A program made the position numbers and the translations under genes. 64,000 bases of DNA from Thermoleophilia bacterium (GTDB lineage Bacteria; Actinomycetota; Thermoleophilia; BMS3ABIN01), in the NCBI GenBank assembly GCA_014874175.1, contig JACWAD010000105.1, forward strand, positions 365-64,364, written 5' to 3'. Positions 28,773 to 38,232 of this stretch are shown in pieces; the first letter of the stretch is position 1, and every line of letters begins with the position of its first letter. The notes beneath the pieces were generated by a model, which was not told the DNA's origin, did not search any database, and saw only the letters and a list, made by a program, of their open reading frames with translations.

Positions 28773-29782
28773 CGTGCGCGCACCGCCCTGATTGCGTCCC
28801 TCAGATCGAGGCCCGCCGGGCAGCCACGGATGCAGCGGCCGCAGCCCGTGCAGAGAATCTCGCCCCGGTTGAGAGGATAGTAACTGAACTTGTGCGCCAG
28901 GCGGTTGCGGTAACGGTGCGCCGGCTCCGGCCGCGGATTGTTGCCGGAGCTCTCCTGAGTGTAAGCGTAAAACATGCAGGCGTCCCAGCAGCGGAAGCGC
29001 CCGCCGGTGCGGTCGCTCTCAGCTTCATCAAAGATATTAAAACAGTGGCAGGCGGGACAGGCGTAGCTGCAGTAGCCGCACGAGAGGCAGCCTTCCGCCG
29101 TCCGCCGCCAGAAATCAAGATCGTCATAAATGTCAAACAGCCGCTGCCCCAGCCCGGCCAGCTCAACCTTGGCGGTTCTGGCCAGCTCCGGCTTCTCAAG
29201 GCTGGAATCCCGGAAAAGGTCCAGGGCGGCCAGCTCTTCCCCCCGCTTGCTAACGGCTTCGGCCAGATAGCCGCCGGTGGCGGGATAAAGGATGATATCG
29301 GAACCAGCCGTCTCAGCAGCGCCTTTTTCAAAGGAGGAGCAGAAACAGGCGCTGTCGCAGGTAGTACAGGCCAGGGTGATCACTGTCAGCCCGCTGCGCC
29401 GGGCCCGGTATTGCCCGTCATTGTATGACGCCCCGGAACGGTCCAGAAAGAGGGCGTCCATAACGGCCAGACCCTTGGCGTCGCAGGCGCGCGCCGCGAA
29501 TATTGCCGCCTGCTCCTGCGGAGCGTCTGCGTTGATCTCGATTTTCTCCCTCCCGCCGGCCTGGCTGTAACGGTAGGAAAACAGGCGCTCGGTCGCCGGC
29601 AGGACCAGCTCCTTTGCCGACAGCATGCTGTAAAGGCCAGTCTCGACCTCGGCGCCTTCAAGCCAGGGCGAAAAGAGAACTGTGTTGACCGTGTCCCTGA
29701 CAACCTGCGGCGCCCACACCGTGGCGCTCTCGGAAAGCCGATGCAGCAAAAGGGGAATGTTTTCCTCCCGCAAGAATCTCAC
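28769..29782 (-). CDS. 4Fe-4S cluster protein (FlxB / HydB / AsrA-like)
   Basis: CGYCSYACPACHC and additional Cys clusters. 337 aa. Confidence 0.65.
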   Translation of the reverse strand: MRFLREENIPLLLHRLSESATVWAPQVVRDTVNTVLFSPWLEGAEVETGLYSMLSAKELVLPATERLFSYRYSQAGGREKIEINADAPQEQAAIFAARACDAKGLAVMDALFLDRSGASYNDGQYRARRSGLTVITLACTTCDSACFCSSFEKGAAETAGSDIILYPATGGYLAEAVSKRGEELAALDLFRDSSLEKPELARTAKVELAGLGQRLFDIYDDLDFWRRTAEGCLSCGYCSYACPACHCFNIFDEAESDRTGGRFRCWDACMFYAYTQESSGNNPRPEPAHRYRNRLAHKFSYYPLNRGEILCTGCGRCIRGCPAGLDLRDAIRAVRAR

Positions 29783-30705
29783 CGCTCTTGCTCCCAGGAA
29801 TCATTGTTGACGTCAAAGGTGAGGAATGGGGTTTTGGCTTCAGTGCCGGAGCCGGCGCGGTAGCCAAACAGCTCCTCGACCACAGCATTCTGTTCTTCCA
29901 GCAGCAGCATCAGCGGAATGCCAACCGGGCAGGCGCGCTCACACTCCTCGCAGCCGGTGCAGCGCCCCGCCATGTGGCTGATGCGGACCAGCTGGGCCAT
30001 CCATGACTGGGATGAATTTGTGGCGCCGCCGCTCCAGCCCGGTTCATGCGCCTGCATCGTGCAGACGTCACGGCAGAAACAGAGGGGACAGGCCTCGCGG
30101 CAGGCGTAGCAGCGGATGCAGCGCGAGAACTGGTCCTGCCAGAATTGCCGCCGCTCTGCAAAGCTCATGGCGGCAAACCGCTTGCGTATCCCGGCCGGAT
30201 CGGCCGGCGCCGCCGGCGCTTTGCCAACTTCGCCTACGGTCACATCCCGGATTACGGGGCCAGCCTCGCGGCAGCCGCGGCATTTTCTTAGCAGAATCTC
30301 TTCGCGCTTGACCGTTTTCCCCTCCATTGCCACCTGGCCGCCGCTGTCGCTGACCCGCTTGCCAAAACCGAAGCAGCGCCAGGCTTTCTTGACATCGATC
30401 ACGCCGGGGCAGGCGACGCCGATTACTGTGACGCGTTCGCGCTTGATAATGCCCTCGGCAATCAACTGCGCGATGCTGCGCGCGTCACAGCCTTTGGCCA
30501 CGATTCCTGCTTTTTTGTCAGCGAGCCGCGGCAGGTGCACGGCCAGGTTATGAACACAGGTCGAGTCAAAAATAGCGCCCTCGGCCTCTGCCGGCGTGTG
30601 AAAAAAGGCGGGCGCGGCCACGCCCGCCGCTTCAGACCGCGCCCAGCCCAGCACAACGTCCACTTGCTCAAGCACCTTTTTTATAGCTGAGATTAAATCT
30701 TCCAT
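29779..30705 (-). CDS. 4Fe-4S dicluster protein (FlxC-like)
   Basis: CIRCYACREACPLCFC and CTGCEECERACP ferredoxin-type motifs. Confidence 0.65.
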   Translation of the reverse strand: MEDLISAIKKVLEQVDVVLGWARSEAAGVAAPAFFHTPAEAEGAIFDSTCVHNLAVHLPRLADKKAGIVAKGCDARSIAQLIAEGIIKRERVTVIGVACPGVIDVKKAWRCFGFGKRVSDSGGQVAMEGKTVKREEILLRKCRGCREAGPVIRDVTVGEVGKAPAAPADPAGIRKRFAAMSFAERRQFWQDQFSRCIRCYACREACPLCFCRDVCTMQAHEPGWSGGATNSSQSWMAQLVRISHMAGRCTGCEECERACPVGIPLMLLLEEQNAVVEELFGYRAGSGTEAKTPFLTFDVNNDSWEQER

Positions 30706-30837
30706 CAGTCTTTCATTTTGCTATTCATTTTACGATCATACAAATAGATCGGGTTAGCGCAGGATTGTCATCCCGAGCCAGGCGAGGGATCTGTTTTTTA
30801 ACAGATTCCTCGGCCGCTCGGCTTCCTCGGCAACATT

Positions 30838-31239
30838 TTAATCGTTATCATTCGCGTTTTTGACACGCTCAGTAATGGCGCTTACGACTTCCGCCCACCT
30901 TGCCCCCTCCGTGGCGCTCACCCGGGTGTAATGGAACCGCTCGGGATTAATGCCCAGCGCCGGCAGCATTCTTTTCAGCAGCTCCAGGCGGCGGCGGGCG
31001 AAATAATTGCCGCTGCCATAATGGCAGTCTCCCGGATGGCAGCCGCTTACCAGGACGCCGTCAGCCCCCTCCTGAAAAGCCCTCAGAACCAGCAGGGGAT
31101 CCACCCGGCCGGAGCAGGGCACCCTGATTATGCGCACGCCCGCCGGTTGTCTCATTCTTGACATTCCGGCCATGTCGGCGCCGGCGTAGGAACACCAATT
31201 GCACAGAAAACCAATTATCCTTGTTGTGGGTTCAGTCAT
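30838..31239 (-). CDS. MvhD-like (methyl-viologen-reducing hydrogenase delta / FlxD) protein
   Basis: CNWCSY...VPCSGRV...GCHPGDCHY is diagnostic of MvhD. Confidence 0.85.
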   Translation of the reverse strand: MTEPTTRIIGFLCNWCSYAGADMAGMSRMRQPAGVRIIRVPCSGRVDPLLVLRAFQEGADGVLVSGCHPGDCHYGSGNYFARRRLELLKRMLPALGINPERFHYTRVSATEGARWAEVVSAITERVKNANDND

Positions 31240-31247
31240 AAAACGGT

Positions 31248-31290
31248 CCCAGCATCCAGTATCCAGTATCCAGTATCCAGTATCCAGTAT
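31248..31290. repeat. Tandem repeat (CCAGTAT)x5 preceded by a degenerate copy. A second heptad array (CATCCAG AATTTGG CTTATCC AAAATCC AAAGTCC GATATCC AACGTCC GGTTTTA) lies at 31335..31395.
   Basis: Direct reading. The minus-sense RNA carries (GGAUACU)5 immediately 5' of the mvhD start. Confidence 0.95.
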
Positions 31291-31352
31291 CGAAAAGAAT
31301 ATGGCAACTATATACTATTTGTCAAAAAGACAGCCTGCATCCAGAATTTGGC

Positions 31353-33341
31353 TTATCCAAAATCCAAAGTCCGATATCCAACGTCCGGTTTTAGTACTTC
31401 CACTATTTCCGCAATCAACTCCTTGTCAGTAAAGCCATTAAGTGATATTGCCCCCGGGGGGCAGGCGACGTTGCAGATGCCACAGCCGCGGCAGACTGAC
31501 CCAATCACCCGCGCAACAGGCCGGCCGTCTGGCAGGCGCGCTTTTTCGACAGCCCCGAAGGGGCAGACGCCCCGGCATTTAAAACAGCCGGCGCATCTTG
31601 ATTCCGTGACTGCCGCCACCATGGGACTGGCCTCGAGCTCGCCGCGCGCAAGCATCCCTATCACCTTGGCGGCTGCGGCGCCGGCGTGCGCTACCGTGGC
31701 GGGGATGTCCTTGGGGCCCTGGCAGGCCCCCGCCAGAAAGACGCCGGCGGAGGCCGCCTCCACAGGCCTGAGCTTCGGGTGCTCCTCGGTCATGAAACCG
31801 TTCCGGTCACAAGCTATGTTTAACTTGCGGGCCAGCTCCCCTGCGCCGGCTGAGGCGTCAAGGCCGGTGGCCAGCACAACCAGGTCCGCTTCGATCTCCA
31901 CCTGGTCGCCAGCCAGCGTATCGGTCCCCATCACCACCAGTTTTCCCCGCCGCGGAAAAATCTTCCCCACGCGGCCCCGGATGAAGAGGGTTCCGTACCG
32001 CGTTTGGGCGCGGCGGGCAAATTCTTCATAGTCCTTGCCGCCGGCGCGCATGTCCATGTAAAAAACATACGCCTGCGAGTCAGGGATGTGCTCCCTGGTG
32101 AGCACTGCCTGCTTGGCCGTGTACATGCAGCCCACGCTGCAGCATTGCGGCCGCCCCACCGACTCGTCCCGCGACCCGACGCAGGAGACAAACACAACCT
32201 GCCGGGGCTCGGCCCCGTCCGACGGCCGCCTGATCCGCCCGCCCGTGGGGCCGGAAGCAGACAGCAGCCGCTCGTATTGAAGGGAAGTAACCACATCTGG
32301 GTACATTCCCATGCCGTAGGTGGGATAGGAGGCTTTCCAATCATAATGATCGTAGCCGGTGGCGGCGACAATGGCGCCAAAACTGCGCCTGAGGACCGCC
32401 TCCTCCTGCCCGTAATCAATGGCGCCAGCCGGGCAGAGCTTCTGGCAGAGGCGGCATTTGTTGCCGTTAAAGCGGCGGCAGTGCTCCTTGCGCAGGCTGG
32501 CAATCAGCGGCACGGCTTGGGGAAAAGCAATGGAGATGGCCTTGGAGCTTCCCAAGCCGGCATTGAAATCGTCCGGCGCCCGGGCGGGGCACTTATCCTG
32601 GCAGATCATGCAGCCGGTGCATTTTTCTTCATCGACACAGGTGGATTTCCGGCGAATGTCAACCTCGAAATTTCCGGCATAACCATGAACGTCATCAACC
32701 TCGGAATTTACCAGCAGCTCGATGTTCTCGTGCTGCTTGACCTCCACCATCAGCGGCGCCAGGATGCACGAGGAGCAGTCCAGAGTCGGAAATGTCTTGT
32801 CCAGGCGCGCCATGTTTCCCCCGATGCTGGGGCTCCTTTCCACCATGGTCACGGGGATGCCGGCGGCGGCGATATCCAGCGCCGCCTGGATGCCGGCGAT
32901 GCCGCCGCCAATGACAAGGGCCCGCCTGACCGCCGCTGTTTTGCGGGCCAGAAGCGGCGTATGATGGCGCACACGCGCAACGGCCTTGCGCGCCAGGTCA
33001 GTGGCCTTCCGGGTGGCCTCGCTAGCATCTGAATGAATCCAGGAGCATTGCTCGCGGATATTGACCATCTCCAGCATAAAAGGGTTCAGGCCGGCGCGCT
33101 CAAGCGCCCGCCTGAAAGTGGCCTCGTGCATGCGCGGCGAGCAGGCGGCTATAACGACGCGGTCCAGACGCTTCCCGCGGATGGCTTCTGCAATGGTGGC
33201 TTGGCCCGGGTCGGAGCAGGTGTACTGAATGCTCTCGGCAACGGCGACGCCGCGCATGGCGGCCGCTGCCGCCGCCACCTTGCCGGTGTCAACCGTGGCG
33301 CTGATATTGGTGCCGCACTGGCAGATGAAAAATCCGATCAT
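31353..33341 (-). CDS. hdrA: Heterodisulfide reductase subunit A-like flavoprotein
   Basis: 662 aa. FAD dinucleotide fold ALVIGGGIAGIQAA, multiple 4Fe-4S motifs (CTGCMICQDKCP, CAGCFKCRGVCPFG, CRGCGICNVACP), N-terminal Cys-rich domain. Confidence 0.9.
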   Translation of the reverse strand: MIGFFICQCGTNISATVDTGKVAAAAAAMRGVAVAESIQYTCSDPGQATIAEAIRGKRLDRVVIAACSPRMHEATFRRALERAGLNPFMLEMVNIREQCSWIHSDASEATRKATDLARKAVARVRHHTPLLARKTAAVRRALVIGGGIAGIQAALDIAAAGIPVTMVERSPSIGGNMARLDKTFPTLDCSSCILAPLMVEVKQHENIELLVNSEVDDVHGYAGNFEVDIRRKSTCVDEEKCTGCMICQDKCPARAPDDFNAGLGSSKAISIAFPQAVPLIASLRKEHCRRFNGNKCRLCQKLCPAGAIDYGQEEAVLRRSFGAIVAATGYDHYDWKASYPTYGMGMYPDVVTSLQYERLLSASGPTGGRIRRPSDGAEPRQVVFVSCVGSRDESVGRPQCCSVGCMYTAKQAVLTREHIPDSQAYVFYMDMRAGGKDYEEFARRAQTRYGTLFIRGRVGKIFPRRGKLVVMGTDTLAGDQVEIEADLVVLATGLDASAGAGELARKLNIACDRNGFMTEEHPKLRPVEAASAGVFLAGACQGPKDIPATVAHAGAAAAKVIGMLARGELEASPMVAAVTESRCAGCFKCRGVCPFGAVEKARLPDGRPVARVIGSVCRGCGICNVACPPGAISLNGFTDKELIAEIVEVLKPDVGYRTLDFG

Positions 33342-34198
33342 AAAGCGGATGGTGGACGATTGACAGCGTGCGCTTCGATGCCCAGCTCTTCCGGCGAGAA
33401 GCCGAGCGCCAGGCCGAGCGCCTGGGTCAGGTACAGGACGGGCAAATGATAATCGGTGCCATAAACATCATTTATCTGCCGCTGACGCAAGTCAAGGTTC
33501 TGATAACAGAGCGGGCAGACCGTCACCAGGGCGTCCACGCCGCACTCAAGCGCAACTTCAATAATGCGGCGGCTGGCCCTCAGCACAATCTCCTTCCTTG
33601 CCAGTCCCATATAGGAGCCGCAGCACTCGGTCTTGAAAGGAAAGTAAGGAATGGTGGCTCCGGCCGCCTTAAGCAGCGGCTCCATCTTCACCGGGTTAGC
33701 GGGGTCGTCGTAGCGCACAATTTGAGGCGGCCTCACCAGAACGCAGCCGTAGTAGGTGCCCAGCGTCATTCCCGACAGCCTTCCACGCGCCCGGCGGGCG
33801 AGATCCTCGGGGTCGATTTCCCGATTAAGCAGCTGGACCAGATTCAAAACATCGGTCTGATAATGAACCGGCTGGCCCAGGGCCTGCCCGGTGCGGCGGC
33901 GCAGATCGTCATTGCGGGACAGCTCATGTTGTGCGTACTTGAGCCGGTTGAAGCAGCCGGCGCAGGGAGCCACAATCCCATCGTGGCTGGCCCCGGCAAT
34001 ATGCAGGTTTCGCGCCGGCAGCAGTATACCGAGGTCGCCCCCCCAGTGGTGAGGGGCCGGCGAGGCGCCGCAGCAGTTCCAGTCCTCAAGCTCGTCGAGG
34101 CCGATTCCAAAACAGTCGGCAACCAGGCGGAAGGACCTGTCATATTCCGTGGCGCCGCTCTTTAAGGAGCATCCGGGGAAATAGGAATATACGCTCAT
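33338..34198 (-). CDS. hdrB: Heterodisulfide reductase subunit B-like (two CCG domains)
   Basis: YFPGCSL...WNCCGASPA and CPLCYQNLD...ECCGSY cysteine-rich CCG motifs. Confidence 0.85.
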   Translation of the reverse strand: MSVYSYFPGCSLKSGATEYDRSFRLVADCFGIGLDELEDWNCCGASPAPHHWGGDLGILLPARNLHIAGASHDGIVAPCAGCFNRLKYAQHELSRNDDLRRRTGQALGQPVHYQTDVLNLVQLLNREIDPEDLARRARGRLSGMTLGTYYGCVLVRPPQIVRYDDPANPVKMEPLLKAAGATIPYFPFKTECCGSYMGLARKEIVLRASRRIIEVALECGVDALVTVCPLCYQNLDLRQRQINDVYGTDYHLPVLYLTQALGLALGFSPEELGIEAHAVNRPPSAL

Positions 34199-34202
34199 GC
34201 CA

Positions 34203-34766
34203 TCAACCCTTGCCGCCTCTATTGATCTCCTGGAATATTCTTAACATCTGGCGCCTGTTCTTTATCCGGGGTGGAAAGATATGAAAGTTTTTCTTGCGCA
34301 GCACCAGCGGCACAAGCTTGATGTCATTCATGAAATTGTGGGTTCTGAAATTGAACCAGATCAGCAGGCTGGCCTCGTGCAGGCGTCCATGGCGGCGGAC
34401 ATTGCTCAGAAAGGCGCGGCGTAAAAGGCGCAGGTCCCGTTCCGTGTCCTTCAGTCCCGCCTCATCGGCCACCAGCTTGGCCGTTTCGATGACTCCGGCG
34501 ACGTCTATCTCCATGGGACAGCGGGTGGAGCAGGTCATGCAGTCCAGGCAAAGCTGGGCCGCCCGGGAAGCAAGCACTTCCCGCACCATGCCAACCTGAA
34601 GCAGCCGCATCAGCGTGTGCGGGGGATAATCGAAAGCAAAGGCGGCGACGCAAGTGGAGGTGCAGCGGCCGCACTGGTAGCATGCCGACACCTGCTGGCC
34701 GCTTCGCCTCTCAATCTCGGCAAGCAAAGCCGCCCCCGCGCTCATGCTTTCGGGAAACCGGATCAT
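34203..34766 (-). CDS. hdrC: Heterodisulfide reductase subunit C-like (2x 4Fe-4S)
   Basis: CYQCGRCTSTC and CLDCMTCSTRCP. The ORF track starts at 34955, but a heptad array (34779..34810) sits in that extension, so the internal ATG at 34766 gives a typical 188 aa. Confidence 0.8.
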   Translation of the reverse strand: MIRFPESMSAGAALLAEIERRSGQQVSACYQCGRCTSTCVAAFAFDYPPHTLMRLLQVGMVREVLASRAAQLCLDCMTCSTRCPMEIDVAGVIETAKLVADEAGLKDTERDLRLLRRAFLSNVRRHGRLHEASLLIWFNFRTHNFMNDIKLVPLVLRKKNFHIFPPRIKNRRQMLRIFQEINRGGKG

Positions 34767-35081
34767 AAATACGCGGTCTCCAGATGCTGGATGTTGGGTT
34801 TTGGAAAAACACTGTTCACCGAATTCTCCGCTTCGGCATCCCTGCGGGATGATCAGTAATCCGAACAACCCTGCCTGGCAATCATTGCTGTTTGCGTCAA
34901 CAGCGCCCTCAGCGGGCATTATGCGCACAGCTAAAAAACCAATAGCCCAGGACATTATCCTCAGCCACCCGGATAAGGTCCTGAGCTATCTTGCCTGCTG
35001 CCGTCTGGCCCGCAGGCAAAAAAAGGCTGCCTTCAAACTTTGTGAATGTTTTAACAGCTTAAGGGATTTTAACAGCACCGC

Positions 35082-36266
35082 CTAGCAGAAGTCAACAAGA
35101 TTGTAAGCATTGTCACGCTGGACCGGCTGCATGCCTGCGGCCCTTATTGCATGCACGAGCTCTTCCTTGCCAGCCTGGTGGCTGACGCCGGCGGCGGCCA
35201 CAACATTTTCCTCAATCATGGTGCTGCCCATGTCATTGGCGCCGAACGCGAGTGATATCTGCGCCACCTTCAGGCCCTGTGTCACCCAGGAAGCCTGGAT
35301 ATTGGCAATATTGTCCAGGTAGATGCGGCTCACAGCTACGGTCATAAGATAGTCAACGCCGCTTGATGAGGCCTGCCCCTTCAGGCGCGTGCGCTCATCC
35401 TGGAATGTCCAGGGAATGAAAGCGGTAAAGCCGCCGGTTTCATCCTGGAGCTCGCGGACGCGACGCATGTGCTCAATCCTGTCGGCAAACGTTTCCACGC
35501 CGCCGAACATCATCGTTGCGGTTCCTTTCAGGCCCGCCTGGTGGGCGGCGCGCATCACGTCCAGCCAGGCGCCGCTCATGATCTTGCCGGGGCTGATGCG
35601 CCGGCGCACCTCGTCGACAAGAATCTCGGCCCCCCCGCCGGGCAGCGAATCCAGGCCCGCTTCCTTCAGGCGGGCAAGGGCTTCCATAACCGGAATGCGG
35701 CTGACTTTGGCAATATGGTATATCTCAGGCGGCGACAATGAATGGATATAGATGGGGTAGTTCTGCTTGATGGCGCGAAACAAGCTGCAAAAGTAATTGA
35801 TGTCGAGCTGGGGATGGAGGCCTCCCTGCATCATGATGCCCGTGCCTCCCAAGGCGATCGCCTCTTCTATCTTGTCAAATATCTCCCGGCGGGAAAGAAG
35901 GAAGCCGTCCCCTGAACCGGGCCGCCTGTGGAAAGCGCAAAAATCGCAGCCGCAGACGCAGTAATTTGTGTAGTTAATGTTGCGGTCAATGACAAAAGTG
36001 ACGCGGTCTGCCGGAGCGCGCCGCTGCCTCAGCGCCGCCGCGGCCCGTCCCACGCCGATCAGGTCGCCGCTCATAAGCAGCGCCAGCGCTTCCGTTTCAC
36101 CGATGCGGTCTCCGGCAGCCGCCCTTGCCGCCGCTTCCCGGGCGCTGGCAACCCGTAGCTGTTTTCCTTCCCCGCCCGGCATCAGACAAACTCCGGCTCC
36201 GGAGCCTGCTTGACGGCCCCGACGGCCTCGGCGCGGCGGAAAAACTCCTTCAGTCCCCGCCGGCAC
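35082..36266 (-). CDS. Radical-SAM menaquinone (futalosine pathway) enzyme, MqnE/MqnC family (aminofutalosine synthase-like)
   Basis: RNINYTNYCVCGCDFCAF CxxxCxxC radical-SAM motif with the Mqn-family context. Adjacent to mqnA. Confidence 0.75.
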   Translation of the reverse strand: MPAGTEGVFPPRRGRRGRQAGSGAGVCLMPGGEGKQLRVASAREAAARAAAGDRIGETEALALLMSGDLIGVGRAAAALRQRRAPADRVTFVIDRNINYTNYCVCGCDFCAFHRRPGSGDGFLLSRREIFDKIEEAIALGGTGIMMQGGLHPQLDINYFCSLFRAIKQNYPIYIHSLSPPEIYHIAKVSRIPVMEALARLKEAGLDSLPGGGAEILVDEVRRRISPGKIMSGAWLDVMRAAHQAGLKGTATMMFGGVETFADRIEHMRRVRELQDETGGFTAFIPWTFQDERTRLKGQASSSGVDYLMTVAVSRIYLDNIANIQASWVTQGLKVAQISLAFGANDMGSTMIEENVVAAAGVSHQAGKEELVHAIRAAGMQPVQRDNAYNLVDFC

Positions 36267-37063
36267 TCCTCGCTGAGGTTATAGCCGAGCTTGGCAAAAT
36301 AAGCACGCAGCAGCTCCGGCTCAAACTCGTACTCACGCGCCGCCGCCGCGACCACCTCGTCCCAGTGGCGACGGCAGTATTCAAGCGAAGCAACCAGGCG
36401 TTCTTGCACCTCAAGGGTCTCATCGGGCCGCGCCTTGTAGAAGGAACGCCGCACCGCCCAAAGAGCAAACACCATCGGCAATCCCGTAAACCGCTTCCAG
36501 AGTTCGCCCAGGTCATAGCTGTAAGGCCACCTGCCCCGATGGTATTCTTGCAGCGCCTCATCCCCGATAAGCAGGACAGCATCGCATTCACCTGCGAGGG
36601 CATCGTCGACGCCTGTTGATAAAGCACAATATTTGGGCATGAGGCCATACTGCTGGCCAAGAAGTATCTTGAGCAGCACCACCGAGGTGGCGCTCTGGCC
36701 CGTAAGGGCCACGGCGCGGACTTCGCTGATGGGCCTGACGGAGATCAGGCGGATGCTGTCCACCGCGCCATCGGATGTAATGGACGTGCCCGGAAAGAGC
36801 AGCAGCCGCCCGGGGTTGGCTGCGTATTCGATTGAGGAAACCGGGCTGATATCCAGTTGACCGGCCAGCAGCATCCTGTTAAGAGTGGTGGGCACGCCGC
36901 GGACAAGCTGAAAACAACCCCAGCCTGCTCCTTTCTCCAGGCCGTAATAAAGCGGGTAACCATTCAGAAACTCAAAGTGGCCAATGCGGATGGCTGCATG
37001 CCCCGGCAACGCTTCGCCGCCGCCGGCGCGGCCCCGCGCCTGATGGCTTCCGATAACTGTCAT
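36182..37063 (-). CDS. mqnA: Chorismate dehydratase MqnA (futalosine pathway)
   Basis: IRIGHFEFLNGYPLYYGL...PTTLNRMLLAGQLDISPVSSIEYA matches the MqnA/MqnD periplasmic-binding-like fold. Confidence 0.8.
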   Translation of the reverse strand: MTVIGSHQARGRAGGGEALPGHAAIRIGHFEFLNGYPLYYGLEKGAGWGCFQLVRGVPTTLNRMLLAGQLDISPVSSIEYAANPGRLLLFPGTSITSDGAVDSIRLISVRPISEVRAVALTGQSATSVVLLKILLGQQYGLMPKYCALSTGVDDALAGECDAVLLIGDEALQEYHRGRWPYSYDLGELWKRFTGLPMVFALWAVRRSFYKARPDETLEVQERLVASLEYCRRHWDEVVAAAAREYEFEPELLRAYFAKLGYNLSEECRRGLKEFFRRAEAVGAVKQAPEPEFV

Positions 37064-38199
37064 ATTTCTGCCACTCCATCAACAATAAGCCGCCCCTCCC
37101 GGCCATCATCGTAAACGCGGATTACGTTGTAAAGAGTGTCCCGCTCCACCGGAACCCTTCCGGCCGCCCGGATGAGGCCGACAAGCTCGCTACGGGATAC
37201 AGACTGGCCGGTGTGGGCGCCGGCGGCGTGTGTAATTTTTTCCTCCACAACAGTGCCGTCAATGTCGTTTACGCCAAAGAAAAGTGATATCTGCGCCACC
37301 TTTATGCCCAGCATGATCCAGAACGCCTTGATGTTGACAAAATTGTCAAGCATCAGCCGGGAGACGGCCAGCATCTTAAGATCCTCAATGCCCGTGCTGC
37401 CCGGCAGGTGCGCCAGCCTCGTGTTGGCGGGATGGAACGCAAGCGGGATAAAGCTGCCGAACCCGCCCGTCTCGTCCTGAAGCTGCCTCAGGCGGAGGAG
37501 GTGATCGACGCGCTCCTCGACCGTCTCGATATGGCCGTAGAGCATAGTCGCGTTTGACTTTAACCCCGTTTCGTGTGCAGTTCGCATCACGTCCAGCCAG
37601 CCCTGGCCGGAGATCTTCCTGTTGCACACAAGCCGGCGGACACGTTCGGAGAAGATCTCGGCGCCGCCGCCGGGAAGCGATCCCAGCCCCGCTTCTTTCA
37701 GCTCCAGCAGGACCTGGGCAACCGTCTTGCCGGACCGGCGGGCGAAAAAGGAAATCTCGCTGGCGGTAAAGGCCTGGATGTGGACGGCGGGATCCAGGTC
37801 GTGCAGCGCCCGGATCATGTCAAGATAATATTCATAGGGCAGCGAAGGATGCTCGCCGCCGACGATGTGAAGCTCGCTGATGCCGCCGGCCAGCGACTGG
37901 CGAGCGGCGGCAACCACCTCGTCCAGGCTCATGGTGTAGGCTCCCGGCTCGCCCTCCCCGGCGCTGAAAGCGCAGAACCTGCACCTGTTGCCGCAGACAT
38001 TTGTGTGGTTGATATGCCGGTTGTTGATAAAAAAGACGCGCTCTCCGGCGAGCCGCCGGCGGGCCAGGTCCGCCAGCGCTCCCAGCTTAAGCAGGTCGCC
38101 GCACTCAAACAACGACAGGCCGTCCTGGCGCGAGAGGCGCTGGCCGGCCTCAACTTTCTGGGCAACCGAATCAAGGTTTTTTGTCTCAGACGGAGTCAT
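37060..38199 (-). CDS. Radical-SAM menaquinone (futalosine pathway) enzyme, MqnC/MqnE family (cyclic dehypoxanthinyl-futalosine synthase-like)
   Basis: NNRHINHTNVCGNRCRFCAF radical-SAM motif. ATG start preceded by a heptad array. Confidence 0.75.
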   Translation of the reverse strand: MTPSETKNLDSVAQKVEAGQRLSRQDGLSLFECGDLLKLGALADLARRRLAGERVFFINNRHINHTNVCGNRCRFCAFSAGEGEPGAYTMSLDEVVAAARQSLAGGISELHIVGGEHPSLPYEYYLDMIRALHDLDPAVHIQAFTASEISFFARRSGKTVAQVLLELKEAGLGSLPGGGAEIFSERVRRLVCNRKISGQGWLDVMRTAHETGLKSNATMLYGHIETVEERVDHLLRLRQLQDETGGFGSFIPLAFHPANTRLAHLPGSTGIEDLKMLAVSRLMLDNFVNIKAFWIMLGIKVAQISLFFGVNDIDGTVVEEKITHAAGAHTGQSVSRSELVGLIRAAGRVPVERDTLYNVIRVYDDGREGRLIVDGVAEI

Positions 38200-38232
38200 G
38201 CAAAAACCCAGTTTCGGGTTTCGGGTTCGGCT

